This document shows, piece by piece, positions 1 through 5,247 of a stretch of 16,521 bases of DNA; within the stretch, counting starts at the first letter, position 1; every line of letters starts with the position of its first letter. Under the pieces are notes generated by a model. That model had not been told where the DNA came from, ran no database searches, and worked only from the letters and a program-made list of their open reading frames with translations. A program made the position numbers and the translations under genes. This stretch comes from a virus: IMG/VR virus record IMGVR_UViG_3300045988_067525, positions 1 through 16,521 of that record. The stretch is one strand, 5' to 3'.

Positions 1-36
1 TTTGTCAAAAAATAATATACCCCCCGGGGGTACCCC
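1..36. other. Putative terminal replication origin for protein-primed initiation
   Basis: The 5' terminus is TTTGTC, with a reiterated terminal T. A 19-nt AT-rich stretch follows (tttgtcaaaaaataatata). After it come overlapping GC palindromes CCCCCGGGGG (21-30) and GGGGTACCCC (27-36). The same sequence is mirrored at the right end. The genome encodes TP and a phi29-type polymerase. Confidence 0.6.
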
Positions 37-69
37 ATAATGCAATCGCTCACACTTTTCCGTCTCATC

Positions 70-98
70 TTGACACGTGCTCTGCCGTCTGCTATCGC
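70..98 (+). promoter_or_regulatory. Possible second, weaker early promoter inside ITR-L
   Basis: TTGACA lies at 70-75 as part of an 11-bp direct repeat, cttgacacgtg, shared with 134-144. The best -10 at 17-bp spacing is a weak TATCGC (93-98). Confidence 0.3.
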
Positions 99-134
99 CC
101 GTTCGGTCTATGATCGGCATCACATGCTTTGTGC

Positions 135-163
135 TTGACACGTGTTTTCTGTATTCGTATATT
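135..163 (+). promoter_or_regulatory. Early promoter inside ITR-L (-35 TTGACA, 17-bp spacer, -10 TATATT)
   Basis: TTGACA lies at 135-140 and TATATT at 158-163 with an exact 17-bp spacer. It sits about 45 nt upstream of the SD GGGAGGAGG (199-207) and ATG 209. The -10 is bracketed by the inverted hexamers TGACAC (136-141) and GTGTCA (165-170). Confidence 0.6.
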
Positions 164-208
164 TGTGTCATCGCCGGTGAGGGAAGTGCCCTCGGGGTGG
201 GAGGAGGA

Positions 209-493
209 ATGATGGATATTGAACAGATCACGCGTAAGGCGATCACGAACACTTTCAATACTCTTATTGATGAGGGTTATTCGCCTTCGATGGAGTTTGA
301 GGATAACTCGCTGACGATTTGGACGGAGGATGCGTCGGCTGAGTTTGTTGTGATTATTAATCGCAAGCGAACGGTTTTCGGCGAGCACGTCCTGTCTATT
401 CAGGCGGTTCAGGGTGAGGGTGAGTCGTATTTGGCTGAGATGATTGCGGATGAGATGGTTGAGGTTGTTAAGGGGAATGCGGACGATGAGTAA
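209..493 (+). CDS. Early protein, 94 aa, strongly acidic, unknown function
   Basis: The track ORF 77..493 is trimmed to ATG 209 (MMDIEQ...), which is preceded by SD GGGAGGAGG at 199-207. A-ending codons are almost absent, matching the well-supported genes. My count gives about 20 D/E against 6 K/R. Confidence 0.75.
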   Translation: MMDIEQITRKAITNTFNTLIDEGYSPSMEFEDNSLTIWTEDASAEFVVIINRKRTVFGEHVLSIQAVQGEGESYLAEMIADEMVEVVKGNADDE

Positions 494-752
494 ACGTTAC
501 AAACTTCTATTGATCCTGATAGGAACTCTCAAGCGGTTGTGCGCTAATTACAAGATTATTGGGAGTGATGAACCTCAAGACAGAGATACTGTAGTCGTTT
601 TAAATAGAGCGCCTAGGGCTATTTACCTTAAGGTCTCTAATGAAGGCATTGATGTTCATCCTTCATTTCTCGTAATGTATGAGGAGGAACTGCAAGCGGA
701 TATATTGGTTTCTACGGTTATGGCGGCGGCAAGTGTTCAGATCACGGAATGA
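486..752 (+). CDS. Early protein, 88 aa, unknown function
   Basis: The track ORF 444..752 is trimmed to ATG 486 (MSKRYKLL...). The junction ATGAGTAA overlaps the upstream stop at 491-493. A purine-rich aagggga lies at 471-477. Confidence 0.6.
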   Translation: MSKRYKLLLILIGTLKRLCANYKIIGSDEPQDRDTVVVLNRAPRAIYLKVSNEGIDVHPSFLVMYEEELQADILVSTVMAAASVQITE

Positions 753-945
753 GGAGTTCATCGTCCTTGATGATGGGGAGGAGTTGTTTAGGTCATGGTC
801 GTTCGTTGCGACAGCGCGGTTCCTGGAATTGGTGAATTGCGATCACAGGTTGGAGAGGTTGGGGACGGCGATAGATCGGGCGTACAGCCAGTTCAGGTCG
901 CCACTAGAAAAGTTGGAGGTGATTATAGATATTCGGGAACTGTGA
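679..945 (+). CDS. Hypothetical early protein (start uncertain: ATG 679 or GTG 733)
   Basis: The ORF is open and the predicted protein looks helical (ELFRSWSFVATARFLELV, RLERLGTAIDRAYSQF). Third-codon positions are poor in A, as in neighbouring genes. There is no convincing SD. It overlaps ORF 795..1055 in another frame. Confidence 0.45.
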   Translation: MRRNCKRIYWFLRLWRRQVFRSRNEEFIVLDDGEELFRSWSFVATARFLELVNCDHRLERLGTAIDRAYSQFRSPLEKLEVIIDIREL

Positions 946-1055
946 TTACTGTATACATCGGAAACAAAATGGTGTATGCCGGCGATTCTGTTGACAACGC
1001 TGTAGATAGAATCTGCTCACCAGGAGGGATTGATTATGAACTGTGGGCTGTCTGA
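795..1055 (+). CDS. Hypothetical early protein (alternative model: only the 3' part from GTG 942 is real)
   Basis: ATG 795 is preceded by SD GGGGAGGAG (775-783). The ORF ends 20 nt inside the next gene. The first half is G/V-rich and could be a frame artefact of 679..945. GTG 942 forms a GTGA junction with the 943-945 stop of the other frame. Confidence 0.4.
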   Translation: MVVRCDSAVPGIGELRSQVGEVGDGDRSGVQPVQVATRKVGGDYRYSGTVITVYIGNKMVYAGDSVDNAVDRICSPGGIDYELWAV

Positions 1056-1266
1056 GAAGGACATTAGGGATCACGAGGGACCGCTCTGGTCTGGCAACCT
1101 TGTGATTGAGAAGGTTGAGGGGCGCTGGGTGCCTGGAGGGTGTCCTGCTAGGGTGACCGATAGGCAGGTGTTTGCGTCGCAGTATGGTATGAGCGCTAGG
1201 AAGTTGATTGAGAAGTTCGGACACATTGAGAATCATCCGAGGAAGCGGACATGGTTCAACAGTTGA
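1036..1266 (+). CDS. Early protein, 76 aa, unknown (possible HTH-like segment RQVFASQYGMSARKLIEKFG)
   Basis: The track ORF starts at TTG 1030. I prefer ATG 1036 because SD AGGAGGG (1022-1028) lies 7 nt upstream. Very few codons end in A. Confidence 0.7.
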   Translation: MNCGLSEKDIRDHEGPLWSGNLVIEKVEGRWVPGGCPARVTDRQVFASQYGMSARKLIEKFGHIENHPRKRTWFNS

Positions 1267-1601
1267 CAGATACTCGGGTACCGAATATCACGTACTGGCT
1301 GGCGATCGATGAGCAATTGGACACTCATAAGTTCAGGGTTATCAGGTACTCAACCTTGTGTGAGACGTTCTATACATGTGAATACGGGACCGTTTCATAT
1401 AGGGTTGACATTAACGCTACGGTAGTTAGTTTCAAGCCTAAGGGACGTCAACCTACCACCGTGATCTACGGTTACGATGAGAAACCCTCCGAGCAGGAGA
1501 TGCTTTCTTTGCTAGTTTTCTGGACCGCTAAACCCTTGTTCCTAGCGGTACCAGCACCAACAGAAACCGAGGAACAAGACAGTCAAGAGACACTCTTCTA
1601 G
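1251..1601 (+). CDS. Early protein, 116 aa, unknown; hydrophobic segment near C-terminus followed by acidic tail
   Basis: ATG 1251 lies 5 nt after SD GAGGAAG (1239-1245). It overlaps the upstream gene by 16 nt. The C-terminus reads LSLLVFWTAKPLFLAVPAP followed by TETEEQDSQE. Confidence 0.7.
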   Translation: MVQQLTDTRVPNITYWLAIDEQLDTHKFRVIRYSTLCETFYTCEYGTVSYRVDINATVVSFKPKGRQPTTVIYGYDEKPSEQEMLSLLVFWTAKPLFLAVPAPTETEEQDSQETLF

Positions 1602-1613
1602 GAGGAAGACCAA

Positions 1614-2036
1614 ATGAGCACCGAGATTACTACCAGCACCGCCGCTAACCCGCTTGCCGGAATGGCCGCCACTAACGGTATTTTCACTACCGTTAAGGGC
1701 GACGACTTTGAGACTAAGGCGAAGATCTTCAACGCCGTCAACGACGCTAAGCCGGTTTCCGACCTTTCCGGCAAGCCGTTTGAGATCGCGGACCTGGTGA
1801 TCGAGTCCACGGAGTTCGTCAACGAGAAGACTGGCGAGATCGAGCCTGCCGTGCGGACCATCTTCATCACCCCCTCAGGGGACGCCTACCAGGCGTTCTC
1901 AGGGCCGATCTTCAACGCTGCCAAGCGCATCCTCACCCTCCTGGGCGACCCCTCCCAGTGGCCCGCTCCGCTCAAGGTGAGGGTGACTGAGGAGGGGAGC
2001 GGCAAGAATCGCTTCTACAAGTTGACGCTGGTCTGA
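1614..2036 (+). CDS. Putative phage single-stranded DNA-binding protein (OB-fold, lactococcal-phage-type SSB family)
   Basis: The SD is strong (AGGAGGAAG, 1600-1608). The sequence pattern K.KIFNAVND...S.L.GKP.EI.DLV......VNE.TGE.E..VRT..I...G..Y...S..I is one I recall from phage-associated SSBs. The gene sits immediately upstream of TP and polymerase, as SSB does in phi29. It ends with a strong hairpin. Confidence 0.55.
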   Translation: MSTEITTSTAANPLAGMAATNGIFTTVKGDDFETKAKIFNAVNDAKPVSDLSGKPFEIADLVIESTEFVNEKTGEIEPAVRTIFITPSGDAYQAFSGPIFNAAKRILTLLGDPSQWPAPLKVRVTEEGSGKNRFYKLTLV

Positions 2037-2062
2037 CGTCGCCTAGTCGCTGGCTGCTAGAG

Positions 2063-2100
2063 TCCTCCCCGTCCTCCATAGGGAGGACGGGGAGGATTTA
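2063..2100 (+). terminator. Strong GC-rich hairpin / partial intrinsic terminator after the SSB-like gene
   Basis: A perfect 15-bp stem pairs tcctccccgtcctcc (2063-2077) with ggaggacggggagga (2082-2096). The loop is atag. It is followed only by TTTA, a short U-tract. Confidence 0.6.
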
Positions 2101-2102
2101 TC

Positions 2103-2939
2103 ATGAGGCATAGCAAGGATGAACTTATCGCGCTGCGTAAGGCGGCGATGAAGTCTGAGTCACTGGTGACTCGTAAGATCAAGCGCATGGCCAAAGGTGA
2201 CTATGGTATCGACATTTCGGGTATGGAATACGATCCCCGCGTGGGCAAGGACGCCATTTCTAGAATGTCAGGTGACCAACTTAAGAAACTCCTAGAGAAG
2301 CAAACCTATTTCCGCAAGGCGAGTGTCGGTTATTATAAGGGCGCACGCGGAACCATTGTCACCCGACAGTCATACCGCAACTACGTGAACTCCGTGCGTA
2401 AGATCAACAATAGCGCTGACGCCGAACAAGCCAAGTACCAGGATATGTTTATCAAGCCGCTAGGAATGACGGTCAAGGAACGGCGCGCGATGATGACGCC
2501 AACCCATCCCGTACATGGTACCGAAGCCTATGATGGTATGAAGAAACTCAAGATCTACTCCCCCACCCAACTCATGGGTACTGAGGGCGCGAAGATGATC
2601 GCGCTCCGCAATGACGATATTCGACGCCAGTACACGAGCCGGGAACTGGTGTCTAAGGCACGTGGGTACATGAATGACATGATGGATGTCATCGGGGATG
2701 AGGAGTTGCGCGTTAAGTTCAACTCTCTGTCCGATGAGCAGTTCTGGTTTATCTGGGCATACACAGATTTCCCGAACGAGTTGGCGCTAAAGTATGACGC
2801 CATGATGATGCAGATGAGAGTTCTTGACGGGTCTAACCAACTCTCAGATGGGATGATTGATTCTGCGATTGAGCGTGGCGAGCAATCCATCGGTAGGGCA
2901 ATGGAGTATTACAAGTATGCCAAGACACTCGATATCTAA
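2103..2939 (+). CDS. Terminal protein (TP, phi29 p3 homolog), 278 aa
   Basis: It lies directly upstream of, and overlaps, the polymerase gene. Similarity to phi29 p3 as recalled: KIKRMAKGDYGIDIS against KIARTKKKYGVDLT, and ERRAMMTPTHPV against EQRIAMTSPAHV. The size is similar (278 versus 266 aa). Confidence 0.8.
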   Translation: MRHSKDELIALRKAAMKSESLVTRKIKRMAKGDYGIDISGMEYDPRVGKDAISRMSGDQLKKLLEKQTYFRKASVGYYKGARGTIVTRQSYRNYVNSVRKINNSADAEQAKYQDMFIKPLGMTVKERRAMMTPTHPVHGTEAYDGMKKLKIYSPTQLMGTEGAKMIALRNDDIRRQYTSRELVSKARGYMNDMMDVIGDEELRVKFNSLSDEQFWFIWAYTDFPNELALKYDAMMMQMRVLDGSNQLSDGMIDSAIERGEQSIGRAMEYYKYAKTLDI

Positions 2940-4569
2940 CGCTAGGTGCGCAGATTTCGAGACGACGACTAACCCCCTTGACTGCCGTGTATGGTCATGG
3001 GGAAGCATGGCGGTCAACGACTATGAGGACTATGAGGTCGGGTTAGGAGTTGGCGCCTATGTCGCATACCTCCTTTCTGCGCCTAATGTGACGTTCTTCC
3101 ACAATCTCGCGTTCGACGGTTTATTCATTATCGACCATATCCTGAAAAACGGATATAAATGGGTAGCCGACAAGCCGGGAAAAGGCGAGTTCTCCACGGT
3201 CATTAGCAATATGAACAAGTTCTACTCCATCACCATCATCTCAAAGGATGGAGTTAAGGCGGAACTGAGAGACTCACTCAAGAAAATTCCACTACCCGTT
3301 AGGGACGTGCCTAAGGCATTCAACCTTGAGTCTGTTAAGGGAGAGATCGACTATGAGGCGGAACGTCCTATCGGCTACCTGCCCACGGAAGACGAATGGA
3401 AATACCTGTACAACGATATCTACATCATGGCTCAAGCCATGCGCGTAGTTCTCGCAAGCGGAATGACCAAACTAACCGTTGGAGCCGATTCGCTTGCCGA
3501 GTTCAAGTCTCTACACGGGAAAGGTTTCAGCAGGACGTTCCCAACTCTGTCGAAGACAGTAGACGACGATATCAGAGCGGCATACAGAGGAGGTATTGCA
3601 ATGCCGTCAAAGAAATGGGCAAGGAAGCGGACGGGGCCAGGGATCGTTATTGACAAGAACTCGATGTATCCGTGGGTGATGAGGACTAAGCCGCTCCCCT
3701 ACGGGAGACCATGGTGGTCTGAGAGCGAGGACCCCGATGCCGACCTGTACACAATCTCGATAACGTTCACTGCAAAACTCAAGCCGGGACACTTGCCCTG
3801 CATTCAACTCAAACGTTCACTACAGTTCAACGCTAACGAGTTCCTTGAGTCGGTGCCTGAACCTACAACGGTCACTATTACGTCTATTGACCTTGATTTG
3901 TGGATGCAGCAGTACGACATAACGATTTACTCAATTAGCGGTTGCTGGAATTTCAAAGCGACAGAGGGACTGTTTAACGATTACATTGATAAGTGGATGG
4001 CAGTCAAAGCAAATAGCACCGGGGGAGCAAGGACAATTGCTAAACTACACCTAAACTCTCTGTACGGAAAGTTTGCCAAGAATACCGACGTTACCGGTAA
4101 GCGCCCATACCTTGATGAGAACGGGACCGTTCAACTCACAATGTGCGATCACGAGGAGAGCAACCCCGTATATACTGCTATGGGAGCTTTCATTACCGCC
4201 TACGCTCGGCAAGACCTCATTAACAATGCTCAAGCGAACTATGACCGATTTCTGTACTGCGACACGGACTCCCTACACCTACTAGGTCCCGAGGAGCCGG
4301 ACCTGTACTTGCATCCCACGGAACTGGGTGCCTGGAAGGTGGAGCATGACGGTCAGCCGTTCGATGACGCGGTCTTCCTACGAGCGAAGCAGTACTGCGA
4401 GCGGTTCGGCGATAATGATGATGTTCACATTGCTGGACTCCCCGCTGAGATTGCCGCTCGAGTCCGATTGGAGGACATGTTGACGCCTCGAACATGGGAC
4501 GGTAAACTCGTACCCAAGAGAGTTCCCGGAGGGGTGGTACTCTCTAACACATCATTCACACTCAATTAG
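2917..4569 (+). CDS. Protein-primed family-B DNA polymerase (phi29 p2 homolog), 550 aa
   Basis: Motifs found:
- Exo I DFETTT (2953-2970)
- Exo II FHNLAFDGLFI
- Exo III YLYNDIYIM
- motif A DKNSMYP
- motif B KLHLNSLYGKF
- motif C YCDTDS (4255-4272)
- KxY FLRAKQY
- C-terminal VPGGVVL
The order is collinear with recalled phi29 p2. I moved the start from 2857 to ATG 2917, giving MPRHSISNARCADFETTT against phi29 MPRKMYSCDFETTT. This start overlaps the TP gene by 23 nt. Confidence 0.95.
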   Translation: MPRHSISNARCADFETTTNPLDCRVWSWGSMAVNDYEDYEVGLGVGAYVAYLLSAPNVTFFHNLAFDGLFIIDHILKNGYKWVADKPGKGEFSTVISNMNKFYSITIISKDGVKAELRDSLKKIPLPVRDVPKAFNLESVKGEIDYEAERPIGYLPTEDEWKYLYNDIYIMAQAMRVVLASGMTKLTVGADSLAEFKSLHGKGFSRTFPTLSKTVDDDIRAAYRGGIAMPSKKWARKRTGPGIVIDKNSMYPWVMRTKPLPYGRPWWSESEDPDADLYTISITFTAKLKPGHLPCIQLKRSLQFNANEFLESVPEPTTVTITSIDLDLWMQQYDITIYSISGCWNFKATEGLFNDYIDKWMAVKANSTGGARTIAKLHLNSLYGKFAKNTDVTGKRPYLDENGTVQLTMCDHEESNPVYTAMGAFITAYARQDLINNAQANYDRFLYCDTDSLHLLGPEEPDLYLHPTELGAWKVEHDGQPFDDAVFLRAKQYCERFGDNDDVHIAGLPAEIAARVRLEDMLTPRTWDGKLVPKRVPGGVVLSNTSFTLN

Positions 4570-4581
4570 AGGAGAACTGAA

Positions 4582-4749
4582 ATGGCACGCGTCAAGGCTG
4601 GACATAAGAACCTGACTGTCACCGTCACCGAGGAGGTTGCTGACGCTCTCGATGAGGCTCACTGGACCCTGCGTCGTGAGGTTCCTGAGATTCTGACGGA
4701 GATTGTCACTAAGGGCGTGGAGGAGATTAAGGCGAGCACTGGCAAGTGA
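4582..4749 (+). CDS. Small ribbon-helix-helix (CopG/Arc-like) DNA-binding protein, 55 aa (not in ORF track)
   Basis: ATG 4582 lies 8 nt after SD AGAGGAG (4567-4573), and the stop is TGA 4747-4749. The translation is MARVKAGHKNLTVTVTEEVADALDEAHWTLRREVPEILTEIVTKGVEEIKASTGK. This fits an RHH pattern: alternating beta strand NLTVTVT, helix, short turn, helix. A-ending codons are rare. Confidence 0.65.
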   Translation: MARVKAGHKNLTVTVTEEVADALDEAHWTLRREVPEILTEIVTKGVEEIKASTGK

Positions 4750-4827
4750 CCGGGATGTCACCGGCTGAAACCGCTCGGTACTTGATGGGCTGACACCTCC
4801 TAGGGCTGTCTGGTCTCTCTCCGCAGT

Positions 4828-4864
4828 GATATGGTGGGTACGTAAGTACCCACCATATCTTTTT
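4828..4864 (+). terminator. Intrinsic terminator ending the left early operon
   Basis: A perfect 14-bp stem pairs gatatggtgggtac (4828-4841) with gtacccaccatatc (4846-4859). The loop is gtaa. A TTTTT run follows at 4860-4864. Confidence 0.85.
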
Positions 4865-4884
4865 GTGCACGGAAAGGAAGATCA

Positions 4885-5247
4885 ATGGGGTTTCTTGATG
4901 ATATTGGGGGTAAGTTCGGTGCTGCCCTTAGTGGTTTGGGGGAGATTCTCGGGGCGGACCATTCCGATACGCTCGATAATCTCTCGAACATCTGGAACGA
5001 GATGACCGATTTTGCTGGTGGTTTCGATTCCAAGATGACCGATCTTAATTCGATGCTTGAGGAGAAGGAGAAGATGATCTCTGACCTCAAGGGCAAGAAC
5101 TATGACCTGCTCATGGCACAGCCTGGCAGTGACCCCAGCGATGCTGCGAGTAAGATGCCGGGCGAGGATGGTGAGGCCGACTACGAGGGCGTCACGTTCG
5201 ATGACCTCATTTCCACTAGCGACTCTGACGATGAGGAGAAGAAGTAA
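4885..5247 (+). CDS. Putative scaffolding protein (positional analog of phi29 gp7), 120 aa
   Basis: It sits immediately upstream of the capsid gene and is coupled to it by a TAATG junction. The SD is GGAAAGGAAG (4871-4880). The protein is acidic, with a coiled-coil-like centre (DLNSMLEEKEKMISDLKGKNYDLL) and an acidic tail (SDSDDEEKK). Confidence 0.55.
   Translation: MGFLDDIGGKFGAALSGLGEILGADHSDTLDNLSNIWNEMTDFAGGFDSKMTDLNSMLEEKEKMISDLKGKNYDLLMAQPGSDPSDAASKMPGEDGEADYEGVTFDDLISTSDSDDEEKK

Larger units (their letters stand above)
1..218. repeat. Left inverted terminal repeat (ITR-L), 218 bp
   Basis: Bases 1-218 are the exact reverse complement of 16304-16521. I checked 1-76 by eye. Identity over 77-217 is shown by the identical 47-aa N-termini (MLCRLL...GGGMMD) of track ORFs 77..493(+) and 15963..16445(-). 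Identity breaks at position 219 (t versus a). Confidence 0.97.

Noticed and set aside
77-208. N-terminal 44-aa extension (GTG 77, MLCRLLSPVRSMIGITCF...) of track ORF 77..493, plus the mirrored extension 16314..16445 of ORF 15963..16445(-)
   Set aside because: The extension runs through the ITR promoter elements and has no SD. A strong SD (GGGAGGAGG) sits directly before ATG 209 and its mirror at 16313. The Cys/Phe/Leu-rich sequence looks like translated regulatory DNA.
444-485. Upstream extensions of track ORFs 444..752, 9968..10690 and 10665..12140
   Set aside because: Internal ATGs at 486, 10013 and 10680 have better-placed SDs and form typical overlapping start/stop junctions with the preceding genes.
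749-835. 28-codon ORF starting at an ATGA junction with the stop of gene 486..752
   Set aside because: It is short, Ser/Arg/Gly-rich and has no supporting signal. I noted it only while trying to resolve the 679/795 overlap.
2857-2916. Upstream 20-codon extension of the DNA polymerase ORF
   Set aside because: It lies entirely inside the TP gene. ATG 2917 gives MPRH...CADFETTT, which matches the phi29 polymerase N-terminus spacing.
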